From Verrucomicrobiota bacterium (GTDB lineage: Bacteria; Verrucomicrobiota; Verrucomicrobiia; Limisphaerales; SIBE01), in contig VHCZ01000004.1 of the NCBI GenBank assembly GCA_016871535.1, forward strand, positions 13,801 through 77,800: DNA of 64,000 nt, given 5' to 3'. This document shows, piece by piece, positions 8,411 to 17,996 of the stretch. The number at the start of each line of letters is the position of its first letter. The first letter of the stretch is position 1. The position numbers and the translations under genes are program-made. The notes under the pieces are model-generated. The model was not told the DNA's origin, searched no databases, and worked only from the letters and a program-made list of their open reading frames with translations.

Positions 8411-10906
8411 CTAAGGCGCGAAGAGAAACTCGCTGGTGTTCAAAAGCGTGTGACACAATTGGGGCAATGCTCTGGTTGCTGCTTCGCCGGGTGAGACATT
8501 TTCAATCTGAAAGCGCTCCGCGGTTTGCCGGAGCATTTGGCTGCACCACCGAAGTTCCTCGGTGTTGGGCGGCCGCGTCAGCGCCAGTTCAAACGCCAGC
8601 CGAATTCGATCCTCCGTCGACTGACTCGGCACGGCTCGCGACACTCGATCCGCGAAGTGCCCGGCTTGCTCCAGGACGAACGCATCATTCAGCATCGTGA
8701 GTGACTGCGAAACGACCGCGGCCGGAGAGCGCCGGATGCAACTCGTCGCGACGATCGGTTGGTCGAACGTGTTGAGGAGGGACAAATGATAATTCCGGCG
8801 CGCCAAAATGTAGAGGCTGCGCCGCCCCAAGTCTGAAGCTCGCGCGATCTGCTTCGCGTTGACCACGATCAAGCCGTCCGTCCGGCTCTCCAGCGGGATC
8901 GGCGCGCCGCCCACCGTGCGGTCAAGCTTGCCGCTCACGGCGAGGATGGCGTCGCGAATGATCTCCGATTCCAGCCGGCGCAATCTCTGGCGCCACAAGA
9001 GTCGATTCGAGGGATCTGAGCTCGGATTTTCAGACGCGGTCGCAGACTGGCGGTACACTGTGGAATTCATGATCAACCGGACGATCGGTTTGGTGCGCCA
9101 ACCTTGCCGGATCAATTCGGACGCCAGCCAGTCGAGGAGTTGCGGATGGGTCGGCCCGGAGCCGGAGAGGCCGAAGTTATCGCTGGTTTCGACGATGCCC
9201 TGACCGAAGAGGTGCTGCCAGATTCGATTCACCCAGACTCGAGCGACGAGCGTGCTGGCCGGGGAATCGGGATCGGTCAGCCAGCGGGCCAGCGCCAGCC
9301 GCCGTCCGCTGGAACCGGCGAGTAAATTGCGACTAGAGTCAACCGCTTGCCGGGGCAAGGCGCTTGTAGTCCCGCCTTTAGGCGGTCCGGGCCACGTAAA
9401 CGCGGGACTACGAGCCGCATGTTCGCGAAAAGGAACAAGCCCGCGTGCCTCAGAGCTGCTTGATTCAACTGCGGCACTTGCTTCCTCCGCGCACAGCACC
9501 GTGAGGAATCCCGGTTGCACCTCTTCGCCCGGTGTCTCGTGATTGCCGCGGCGCAAGAGATGGAACGGTGACGGCAACCCGGTGTCGTACACGGCTTGGA
9601 TGATTCCGTGTGTTCGACGCTGTTTCTGCAAGCCGGCGACCAGGCGGTCGAGATCGGCCAGTTCCGCAACTTCCTTCCCGCTCAGGGCCGCGGAGATTTC
9701 TTCGGACTTAACCTTGAGAGCAGCCTCGAATTTCCCGGCGAGGTACTTTTGGACTTCGCTGCGTTTCTCCGCCTCGGTTTCCAGCGCTTTCCGGACATCG
9801 TTCCGGATCGGTTCCGGGATCGAATTCAACCGGGCCTCAAAAAGCCGTTCTCGATGCGGGCGCCGGATTCCCTCCTGGCGTTCCTTCAGTTTTTGGACCT
9901 GCTGTTCGATCTCGCGGTTGTGCCGGTCGATGGCGGCCTTTTCGATTTTCGACACGTCCGGCAGGGCCCGTTGCTTCGGCTGGAGCCACGCCTGGGGATC
10001 AAAGGCCGGACTCAAGTTCGCGAGGAACGCGTAATACTCCCGCTGGGAGATCGGCTCGTATTTGTGGTCGTGACATTTGGCGCATTGCAGGGTCAGGGCG
10101 AGGAGGTTGTTGGCCAGGATCTCGCCGGTTCGTTGCAGCACGCCGTGGCGGATGTCCAGCGTGTTCAATTCGTTCTCGTCCGTGTCGTCGGACGCGGTGC
10201 GGAGAAAACCCGTGGCGACCAGCAGTTCCTTGAGGTCCGGAGTCAAATGCGCCGCCGAGCGCCAGTCGGCCAGTTCATCGCCGGCGAGTTGTTCCAGGAG
10301 GAAACGGTCGTACGGTTTGTCGGCATTGAAGGAGCGGACGGCGTAATCGCGGTAGAGCCATTTGCCTTCGCCGAGCTTGACCGTGCCGGCGTCGTTGTCG
10401 CCGCCGAGCACATCGACGTAGCCCGCCGCGTCCAGCCAGTGGCGGCCCCAGCGTTCTCCAAAGTGCGGCGAAGCGAGCAATTGATCGATCCATCGCGTTT
10501 CGGCATCGGGTCGCGGGTCGGTGAGGAAGGAATGGAGTTCTTCGGGCGAGGGCGGCAGACCAATCAGGTCCAGAGAAGCGCGCCGCAAGAAGGCCAGGCG
10601 ATCGGCGTCGGGAGAGAACGTGAGGCCGTTCTCTTCGAGAGACGCCAGCAGAAAGGAATCGACCGGCGTTCGCACCCGGTCAGAATTCTTCGTTCGTGGT
10701 AATTCCGGCCTGCTCAAAAGGCGGAACGCCCAGTGAATTGCTTTCGACTGGACAGATTCTTGGACCACGGATTTCACGGATTTCGCGGAACTAAAAGCTT
10801 TTTTATCCGTGTTATCCGTGTAATCCGTGGTTGCGGCGGGCAGGCCGGGAAGGGGCGCGAGCAAGGAGGCGCAACAGAGTTGGGCAACCAGTCCAAGCGT
10901 GTTCAT
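8411..10906 (-). CDS. PSCyt2 (DUF1549) / PSD1 (DUF1553) domain protein
   Basis: ATG at 10906 (MNTLGLVAQLCCASLLAPL signal). LRRASLDLIGLPPSPEE, SPHFGERWGRHWLDAAGY, CAKCHDHKYEPISQREYY, and a DUF1553-like C-terminal half. Confidence 0.9.
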   Translation of the reverse strand: MNTLGLVAQLCCASLLAPLPGLPAATTDYTDNTDKKAFSSAKSVKSVVQESVQSKAIHWAFRLLSRPELPRTKNSDRVRTPVDSFLLASLEENGLTFSPDADRLAFLRRASLDLIGLPPSPEELHSFLTDPRPDAETRWIDQLLASPHFGERWGRHWLDAAGYVDVLGGDNDAGTVKLGEGKWLYRDYAVRSFNADKPYDRFLLEQLAGDELADWRSAAHLTPDLKELLVATGFLRTASDDTDENELNTLDIRHGVLQRTGEILANNLLALTLQCAKCHDHKYEPISQREYYAFLANLSPAFDPQAWLQPKQRALPDVSKIEKAAIDRHNREIEQQVQKLKERQEGIRRPHRERLFEARLNSIPEPIRNDVRKALETEAEKRSEVQKYLAGKFEAALKVKSEEISAALSGKEVAELADLDRLVAGLQKQRRTHGIIQAVYDTGLPSPFHLLRRGNHETPGEEVQPGFLTVLCAEEASAAVESSSSEARGLVPFREHAARSPAFTWPGPPKGGTTSALPRQAVDSSRNLLAGSSGRRLALARWLTDPDSPASTLVARVWVNRIWQHLFGQGIVETSDNFGLSGSGPTHPQLLDWLASELIRQGWRTKPIVRLIMNSTVYRQSATASENPSSDPSNRLLWRQRLRRLESEIIRDAILAVSGKLDRTVGGAPIPLESRTDGLIVVNAKQIARASDLGRRSLYILARRNYHLSLLNTFDQPIVATSCIRRSPAAVVSQSLTMLNDAFVLEQAGHFADRVSRAVPSQSTEDRIRLAFELALTRPPNTEELRWCSQMLRQTAERFQIENVSPGEAATRALPQLCHTLLNTSEFLFAP
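9366..9411. repeat. RepG palindrome inside the CDS (GTAGTCCCGC...GCGGGACTAC)
   Basis: 10-bp terminal inverted repeat with an inner CCGCC-TTTA-GGCGG hairpin. Translated in frame as ...TWPGPPKGGTTS... Confidence 0.55.
10763..10832. repeat. RepD element (9-mer based, CCACGGATTTCACGGATTT / ATCCGTGTAATCCGTGG) in the 5' end of the CDS
   Basis: Inverted arms built of 9-nt units, translated as TTDYTDNTDKKAFSSAKSVKSVV. Copies also at 19034 and 63301. Confidence 0.7.
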
Positions 10907-10979
10907 CGGGCGCGTGAGGCAGATTGGACGTAGAATAAATCCCCAAATGAGAAAATAGAAGGTGTAATTCCAGAGGGCT

Positions 10980-13409
10980 GTGTTAGGGTGCCGCGTAAAA
11001 TTTATCCTGAGAATACACGTGAGAAATCGAATTCGCGTCGTTGGTTGCAGCGTGACCGCAGCCGTTTCCCTCCTGGCGTTCATTTGGACAACAGCCCTGC
11101 CCGCGCAAGATGCTCCGGCGGCCACCAAAGAACCGGACGTTTCCCGAAACACGACCCTGGTGTTCTCGCCGACCAACCGGCAGGTGCTCCTCGAGACGAT
11201 CCGCCGGCCCGTCCAGAGACTGGACGTCGCACCCGACCAGACCAATATTGCCCGCATCGTTCCCCTGGTCTTGGAACAGTACCATTTCTTGCAGGAGGAA
11301 CTCGACGACGCGCGGTCGAGCAAAGCGCTGGATCACTACATTGAGATGCTCGATGGCATGCACCTGCATTTCCTCCAATCGGACATCGACGAATTCAATC
11401 CGCTCTACCGCACTCACCTGGACGAACTGCTCAAGAAGAAGGGCGACGTCACGCCGGCCCAGCACATTTTCTCACGCTTCCTGCAGCGTTTGACCCAGCG
11501 CGTCGATTACGTCGGTGAACTGCTCGCCACGGAGAAATTCGAGTTCACCGGCACGGATCGCTACAATCTCGACCGGAAAAAATCCCCCCGCCCCAAAGAC
11601 CTGGCCGAAGCCAAACAACTCTGGCGGCAGCACCTCCGCTACGAAATCCTCCAGGACAAGCTGAACAAGGAAAAATCGGAGGACATCGCCTCGAAGATCA
11701 CCAAGCGTTATTCGCGCTTGCTGCGCTCGCTCCAGGATTACGATCGCGACGACGTGTTGGAGCTTTACCTTTCCGCCGTGGCCCAGGTGTTTGACCCGCA
11801 CACGGATTACATGGGGAAATCTTCGTTGGACACCTTCAACATCAACATGAGCCTGTCCTTGACCGGCATCGGCGCGCTGCTCCGTTCGGAGGACGGGTAC
11901 TGCAAGATTCAATCGCTGGTGGCCAACGGGCCGGCCCAAAAGAGCAAACAACTCAAAGAGAACGACCGGATCATCGCCGTGGCCCAAGGCACAAACGAGC
12001 CCGTCGATGTGGTCGAGATGAAATTGAACAAGGTGGTGGAAATGATTCGCGGCCGCAAAGGCACCGAAGTGCGCCTCACCATCATCCCGGCCGACGCGCC
12101 CGATCCGTCCGTCCGCAAAGTCGTCAGTCTGATTCGCGATGAGATCAAACTGGAAGATCAAGAGGCCAAGGCCAAGATTATCGATTTCCCCGGCACGACC
12201 GGAAAACAGGTTCGCGTCGGCGTGATTGATCTGCCTTCGTTCTATGCTCAGATGGATTTGACCGGGAAAAAGGATGACGACGACGGCCCCCGGAAGAGCA
12301 CGACCCGCGACGTAGCGCTGCTCTTGCGGAAACTAACCAGCGAGAACGTGGACGGCGTGATTCTGGACCTGCGCCGAAATGGCGGCGGTTCGCTGGAGGA
12401 AGCGATCAATTTGACCGGTTTGTTCATCAAGGAAGGCCCGGTCGTCCAGGTCAAAGACCACGACGGCCAGAAGCACGTAGATTCGGACAAAGACGAATCG
12501 GTTCTTTACGACGGACCGCTCGTGGTGCTGACGAGCCGTTTCAGCGCCTCAGCGTCGGAAATCCTGGCGGGAGCGTTGCAGGATTACGAGCGCGCTGTGG
12601 TCGTGGGCGATAAATCCACTCACGGCAAAGGAACGGTGCAGCAATTGATCGATCTCAAGCGGATTGCCGCATTCCGGCGCTCGACGATCAGTCCTGGCGC
12701 CGTCAAAGTCACCATTCGAAAGTTCTATCGGCCCAGCGGCTCTTCCACGCAGTTGAAAGGCGTGGCGCCGGACATCATCCTTCCTTCACTGAACAATCAC
12801 GCGGACGTCGGCGAATCGGCTCTGGAGAACGCACTCCCCTGGGACACGATTTCCGCGGCGAAATACGAAAAGCTCAACCGGGTTCAGCCGTATTTGGCGG
12901 AGCTTCAGAAACGCTCGTCGGCGCGTGTCGAAACCGATCCGGATTTTCAATACGTGAAGGAGGATATCGAGCAATTGAAGAAGGCGTTGGCGGACCGGAC
13001 GGTTTCTTTGAACGAGGAACAACGGCTCAAAGAAAAGGCGGACGCCGAAGCCCGCTCCAAAGCTCGCCAGGCAGAATTGAAAGCCCGCCCGCCCGGGAAT
13101 GAAACGGTCTATGAAATCACGCTCGCGCTCGCGGACAAGCCCGGCTTGCCCCCGGCCGTGGGTCAATCAAAGCCAGCCGAGAAGTCCGACCGCCCGGACC
13201 ATCCAAAGAAAACGGATGACGACGAGGATGCGGCGCACGAAACAAAAGCGCCGTTGGTTGATACGGTGCTGAAGGAAACCAAGCGCATTTTGGCCGATTT
13301 CATTTCCCTTGGAAGAAACGACCCGGCGATTGCCGCCGCCGACCCCAAGCTTTCTCCTGACGGAAAGACTTCGGGTAACCTCGGCACAGCCGGCGCGGTT
13401 GCCAAATAG
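10980..13409 (+). CDS. prc: Tail-specific (C-terminal processing) protease, S41 family
   Basis: About 800 aa with a PDZ-like segment, GVILDLRRNGGGSLEEA and TSRFSASASEILAGALQDY (Ser), HGKGTVQ (Lys). Start uncertain: GTG at 10980 or, more likely, GTG at 11019 in front of the signal peptide. Confidence 0.9.
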   Translation: MLGCRVKFILRIHVRNRIRVVGCSVTAAVSLLAFIWTTALPAQDAPAATKEPDVSRNTTLVFSPTNRQVLLETIRRPVQRLDVAPDQTNIARIVPLVLEQYHFLQEELDDARSSKALDHYIEMLDGMHLHFLQSDIDEFNPLYRTHLDELLKKKGDVTPAQHIFSRFLQRLTQRVDYVGELLATEKFEFTGTDRYNLDRKKSPRPKDLAEAKQLWRQHLRYEILQDKLNKEKSEDIASKITKRYSRLLRSLQDYDRDDVLELYLSAVAQVFDPHTDYMGKSSLDTFNINMSLSLTGIGALLRSEDGYCKIQSLVANGPAQKSKQLKENDRIIAVAQGTNEPVDVVEMKLNKVVEMIRGRKGTEVRLTIIPADAPDPSVRKVVSLIRDEIKLEDQEAKAKIIDFPGTTGKQVRVGVIDLPSFYAQMDLTGKKDDDDGPRKSTTRDVALLLRKLTSENVDGVILDLRRNGGGSLEEAINLTGLFIKEGPVVQVKDHDGQKHVDSDKDESVLYDGPLVVLTSRFSASASEILAGALQDYERAVVVGDKSTHGKGTVQQLIDLKRIAAFRRSTISPGAVKVTIRKFYRPSGSSTQLKGVAPDIILPSLNNHADVGESALENALPWDTISAAKYEKLNRVQPYLAELQKRSSARVETDPDFQYVKEDIEQLKKALADRTVSLNEEQRLKEKADAEARSKARQAELKARPPGNETVYEITLALADKPGLPPAVGQSKPAEKSDRPDHPKKTDDDEDAAHETKAPLVDTVLKETKRILADFISLGRNDPAIAAADPKLSPDGKTSGNLGTAGAVAK

Positions 13410-13501
13410 TAGGAGTAGAGCCCGATGCAACTGCGGCGCGGCAGCGCCGCCCTACCCGTTCATGGTAGGGCTGAGCTGCGGCTCAGCCGACTTCCAGCCT
13501 G

Positions 13502-15523
13502 TCAACCGCGTTCCACCTGCACCCGCGCGTCGTTGAAACACGCGCCGCCGGCCACCACGTTCACGTGCTGCGGACAAAGCGCCGTGGTGCTCTGGCTGTT
13601 CCGTGAAGATTTTCGCCAGGCGCCTTTGGGCATGCCGCAGACGCCCTCGCGCAGGCGATCGCTGACGCGCGCGCGACAGTGCACTTCGCCCAGGTCGTTG
13701 AACACCCGCACCTCATCGCCGTCTGCGATTCCGCGCGCGGCGGCGTCGGCCGGATGAATTGCAAGCCAGAGTTCGGGGTAATTGAACTCGCCCAGCGTGC
13801 TGGAAATCATCTTGTTGTTTGACGCGCTCACCAGCGCCAGCGGGAATCGGCCATCGTTCACCGGCAAGTATTGAAACGGCGCGGACCCGAGCGCGCCGGG
13901 CGTAAGATGGATTCTCCCGTCCGCCGTCAAGGGACGCACACTCTCGAATTGCACCGGCCCGCCGCCCGGGAACGGATAGCGCTGGACGCCTCCCTGGCTC
14001 ACAGTCGCGAAATCGCACGGCTGTCCAGAAAGGCTGAGTGCCTCCGCGACCTTCCGCAGGCTCGTCGCAGTGTCCCAGCCGAACGGTTCGTCAGAAAACC
14101 CCAGGGCACGGCCCAACCGTGCGAACACCCACTCGTTCGGCCTGGCTTCGCCGCAAGCTTCGATCGCCGGTTGCACTCCGCCGACGATGTAGCTTCCGTA
14201 AGACCGCTTGATTTCGTGTTGTTCGAGAAACGTCACCGCGGGGAGCAAGATGTCGGCGAAGCGCGCGGTGTCCGTCATGACTTGTTCATGAACCACGGTG
14301 AACAGGTCCTCGCGCGTCAGCCCGCGCAAGATCGCGTTCTGGTCCGGAGCCGTCGCCACCGGGTTGCAGTCATAGACAAAGAGCGATTTCACCGGCAGCG
14401 CGAGACCGTCCGTGAGCAACTGGCCCAACTGGCTCATGTTCAGTTCGCGCGTCGCCCATTTGGTCGGAGGAGAATCCGCGCCGAAGAGTTTGGCGGTGTC
14501 CAACTTCGCCGCGCCGCTGTTGGAAAGTGTGTAGCCTCCGCCACGGACGCCGAACTTGCCGAGCAACGCCGGCAGGGCCATCACCGCGGCCAATGCCTGC
14601 CCGCCGTTTTGATTGCGCTCGATGCCCCAGCCGACTCGGATCACCGCCGGAGACGAAACCGCATAGGCGCGGGCCAGCTTTTCGATGTCACCCGGAGGCA
14701 CGCGCGCCGCGGCCGCAGCGCGTTCGAGAGACCATTCGTTCGCCGCAGCCAGAAGCGGCTCCAGGCCGTCCGCGTTTTGAGCGAGGAACGCGCGATCCAA
14801 GCGGCCGGCTTCGTTCCACAGCCGGATCATCGCCAACGCGACCGGCAAATCCGCGCCGGGATAAACCGGCAAGTGCAGATCGACGTCGCCGGAGTTGAAA
14901 TTACGAATGGGATCGACGACGGCCACGAAAGCGCCCCGCTTCTTCGCCTGCCGAAGGTACGGGACCAGATGAATGTTTGAGGCTTTGGGATTGGCGCCCC
15001 AGATGACGATGGCGCGCGCGTTCGGATAATCCTGGAAAGCCACGCCGGGCATCTTGCCATACATCCCCAAAGCAACCGCGCTGGCCGGCGCCGCGCACAG
15101 CGTGCGGGCCAGCCGTGAGGCGCTCAATTTGGCGAAGAGGTAGGCATCCAGGAAATCGTGGCTCAGCAAGCCATTCGACCCGTCATAATGATACGGCAAG
15201 ATGGCTTCGCCGCCCCAACGCGCGATAATCTCGCGGAACTTCGACGCGATTGTGGAAATCGCTTCGTCCCAGGAAATCCGCTCGAATCGCCCCTCTCCCT
15301 TCGGTCCCACGCGCCGCATCGGATGAAGGATCCGGGTCTCATGATAGACGCGGCGATCGAACTTCCCGATCTTGTCACAAATGAAGCCCTGGGTGTTGGG
15401 ATGGTTGCTCGACTCGTCCGGGGCGGCCTGGATACGCTTGATTCGCCCGCCTGCGACGTGGATTTCCAGCGCGCAGGAATCCGGGCAGTCCATCGTGCAG
15501 GTCGTGCGAATGCTCGTGTCCAT
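13502..15523 (-). CDS. Molybdopterin (bis-MGD) oxidoreductase family protein
   Basis: ATG at 15523. N-terminal CTMDCPDSC...C 4Fe-4S motif, a long MopB-like core and a C-terminal molydopterin-dinucleotide-binding-like beta barrel (IHPADAAARGIADGDEVRV). Confidence 0.9.
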   Translation of the reverse strand: MDTSIRTTCTMDCPDSCALEIHVAGGRIKRIQAAPDESSNHPNTQGFICDKIGKFDRRVYHETRILHPMRRVGPKGEGRFERISWDEAISTIASKFREIIARWGGEAILPYHYDGSNGLLSHDFLDAYLFAKLSASRLARTLCAAPASAVALGMYGKMPGVAFQDYPNARAIVIWGANPKASNIHLVPYLRQAKKRGAFVAVVDPIRNFNSGDVDLHLPVYPGADLPVALAMIRLWNEAGRLDRAFLAQNADGLEPLLAAANEWSLERAAAAARVPPGDIEKLARAYAVSSPAVIRVGWGIERNQNGGQALAAVMALPALLGKFGVRGGGYTLSNSGAAKLDTAKLFGADSPPTKWATRELNMSQLGQLLTDGLALPVKSLFVYDCNPVATAPDQNAILRGLTREDLFTVVHEQVMTDTARFADILLPAVTFLEQHEIKRSYGSYIVGGVQPAIEACGEARPNEWVFARLGRALGFSDEPFGWDTATSLRKVAEALSLSGQPCDFATVSQGGVQRYPFPGGGPVQFESVRPLTADGRIHLTPGALGSAPFQYLPVNDGRFPLALVSASNNKMISSTLGEFNYPELWLAIHPADAAARGIADGDEVRVFNDLGEVHCRARVSDRLREGVCGMPKGAWRKSSRNSQSTTALCPQHVNVVAGGACFNDARVQVERG

Positions 15524-15594
15524 GGAAGCATTGTAACGGGGCCCCTGGCGGTTGCACTTGAATTCGCGCAACTCGCGTAATGTTCATCAATCTT

Positions 15595-15672
15595 GGTGGG
15601 GCGAGACTCCTGCCGAGCCAATGCCATCGAAGAAAAGCCCGGCAGGAGTCTCCCCCATCGTCGTTAACTGAG
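15595..15672. repeat. RepC palindromic element (followed by a partial unit to about 15735)
   Basis: GGTGGGGCGAGACTCCTGCCGAGCC-AATGCCATCGAAGAAAAGC-CCGGCAGGAGTCTCCCCC..CGTTAACTGAG. Confidence 0.7.
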
Positions 15673-15823
15673 AAGCCGTCAACCCGGGTGGGGCGAGCGT
15701 CCTCGCGAGCCAGATTCAATCGAACTCTGCGATGGAAACATGAGACCCGATCCAACGCCCCTCCTCTCCCCAGCCCTCCCCCCCTTCGGGAAGAGAGGGC
15801 GAAGACTTCGTTGACCGACAGTT

Positions 15824-16837
15824 TTAATCGCACCCCTGAGTGTTCACAAACAACGAGAACATCGACGTGCTCCCACACATGAACAGCCGGTTGCGATGAC
15901 GCCCCCCGAAACACAGGTTCGCGCACCGCTCCGGCAGGTCGATGCGGCCAATCAATTTGCCATCCGCGTTGAACACCGCCACGCCGTCCAATCCCTCCGC
16001 CCCCATGCCCCAGCCGACCCACAAATTGCCATCGACGTCCACGCGCAAGCCGTCCGGCGTGCCGTTCGGCTCAGCCGTGATCAGCGTGCGTCCGCCAGAC
16101 AACCGTGTGCCTCCGCTGGTCGCGTCGTAAGCGCGGATCACGCGCGGACTGGCCCCGGCCTCGACAATGTAGAGCTTGGATTCGTCCGGCGAGAATGCCA
16201 GGCCGTTGGGGCGATTGATGTCGCCTGCCACGACGGTCAGTTTCTCGGACTTCGGATCCCAGCGGTACACGTTCGTGGGCAATTCCGGTCGAGCCAGGTG
16301 TCCTTCGTAGTAACTCAGGATGCCAAACGGCGGGTCGGTGAACCAGATTGAGCCGTCGGATTTGCACACGATGTCGTTCGGCGAATTCAGCGGCTTGCCG
16401 TCGTAACGGTCCGCGATCACGGTAATCGCGCCGTCATACTCGGTGCGCGTGACGCGCCGCGCGTCGTGCTCGCACGTGAGCAAACGGCCCTGGCGATCGC
16501 GCGTGTTGCCGTTAGCGTTGTTCGACGGTTTGCGGAAAACGCTGACGGCGCCGGTCTCCTCGTCCCAGCGCATGATGCGGTTGTTGGGAATGTCGCTCCA
16601 GATCAAGTAGCGGCCATCGCCGAACCAGACCGGCCCTTCGCACCACCGCATGCCGGAAGCGATCTTTTCCACTTTGGCGAGGTTCACCCGATACTTCGCG
16701 AAGCCTGGATCGATGATTTTGAACAGCGGATCGGGGTAACGCGGGCTGGGCTGCCATTGCGCCAGGGCTTCGGGCATGGCGGCCAGCGCTCCGGTCGCGC
16801 TGCCGGCGGCGAGAAAACTCCTGCGGTTCATTTTCAT
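15824..16837 (-). CDS. SMP-30/gluconolactonase/LRE-like beta-propeller protein, Tat signal
   Basis: MKMNRRSFLAAGSATGALA twin-arginine leader, with GAGGAG RBS upstream of the ATG at 16837. CEGPVW, NDIVCKSDGSIWFTDP and PNGLAFSPDE propeller motifs. Confidence 0.9.
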   Translation of the reverse strand: MKMNRRSFLAAGSATGALAAMPEALAQWQPSPRYPDPLFKIIDPGFAKYRVNLAKVEKIASGMRWCEGPVWFGDGRYLIWSDIPNNRIMRWDEETGAVSVFRKPSNNANGNTRDRQGRLLTCEHDARRVTRTEYDGAITVIADRYDGKPLNSPNDIVCKSDGSIWFTDPPFGILSYYEGHLARPELPTNVYRWDPKSEKLTVVAGDINRPNGLAFSPDESKLYIVEAGASPRVIRAYDATSGGTRLSGGRTLITAEPNGTPDGLRVDVDGNLWVGWGMGAEGLDGVAVFNADGKLIGRIDLPERCANLCFGGRHRNRLFMCGSTSMFSLFVNTQGCD

Positions 16838-17006
16838 GGTTTGCTTCTCCTCACGACGCGCCAGTTTCCTGGACTTGTTGGATGGCTTTTTCAAATGTGG
16901 GAGCAGGATAGGCAAGGCAGCGCCGCCGCTCAAGGCTCCCGTGGTTCAGGAGTTTCGAACAAAAGGCAACACAGACTTCATCTTCTTCGTTGGCTGCCCT
17001 CCGGGT

Positions 17007-17693
17007 TTAGCTCTGAGCCAGGTACTTCGTCGCCATGACTTCCAGCTCCGCGGTGATTTGGTCCAAAGGCACCGAGAAACGGATTTGTTTGCCGAGCTCG
17101 ACCGCAATCGCATACGGATGAACATTGACGCCCGAAGCATCGCTGGCCGGCGACTTCCTGGTTCTTCCCCTCTTCGCGCTGTGGAATCGACCCGGCAATC
17201 GTTGTCCGGCGCTCCGGGTTTCGTTCATCATCCCGTCATACAACCCCAGGAGAAAGGCGCTTCGATCCGCAAGGCTAACGCCATGAAGCTTGCCAAATCT
17301 GGCCAACAACGCCCGAAAACTATTCGCGATGTGATCGGAGATTTCGACCAACTTTCGCGCCGTTGCGGGGGTCGCCTCGGCCAGAAGATCCGCCCCCTTA
17401 TGGACGCAACGGATTCTGGTTGCCGATTCAATCGCCCATTTCACCGCGTTGGCAACATCCAGCTCATTGCTCTCGAAGGAATAAATCCGTCTGGCCGCGG
17501 ACGAATTGGCAAATCTGCCGGAGAACAAGTCCGGGGTGTCGTTCGTCGCGGGGACGCTCAGGTCGTATCGCGCCGTGAGACGCGCCAGTTTGCGCTGAGC
17601 GACGGCCTTTTCCCCGCCCACGCCTCGCTCGACCAATGCCTGCAATTTTCTGAACAACGCCTGAATCTTTGCGCTGGCGGGTTTCCTGTGCAT
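17007..17693 (-). CDS. Hypothetical protein (possible DUF2786-like N-terminus)
   Basis: 228-aa ORF. The N-terminal KIQALFRKLQALVERGVGGEKAVAQRKLARLTARYDL resembles the helical DUF2786 pattern as I recall it. The rest is unrecognised. Confidence 0.5.
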   Translation of the reverse strand: MHRKPASAKIQALFRKLQALVERGVGGEKAVAQRKLARLTARYDLSVPATNDTPDLFSGRFANSSAARRIYSFESNELDVANAVKWAIESATRIRCVHKGADLLAEATPATARKLVEISDHIANSFRALLARFGKLHGVSLADRSAFLLGLYDGMMNETRSAGQRLPGRFHSAKRGRTRKSPASDASGVNVHPYAIAVELGKQIRFSVPLDQITAELEVMATKYLAQS

Positions 17694-17996
17694 GTCGTCC
17701 AGAGAATGCTACAGGCCGCTTCCGTCCGCCAGCGCAACTTAAAAGTCTGTTTTGATTTGTGGCTACGCGCAACGACTGCGCTGGATTTCGAAACGAAGGC
17801 CGGTCTTTGAGCAAAAGATGAAGCGCCTGACGACAAAGCTGGAGGCGCAGTTCGCGGATTATCGGGTTTGACGGTCCATCCTCTCGCTTTATACTTCGGT
17901 TCCGATGCGTGCCAGGATCGAGCTTGTTACGGGGGCTTTTCCCACACGGCACGAATTCGCCCCGTCCTCCGGTTCAAAGCGCCGCGCGATGATCCC

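Noticed and set aside
13502-15523. Selenocysteine (in-frame TGA) in the molybdoenzyme.
   Set aside because: The ORF is uninterrupted over its full length, with a Cys-containing N-terminal FeS motif. No in-frame TGA needs to be invoked.
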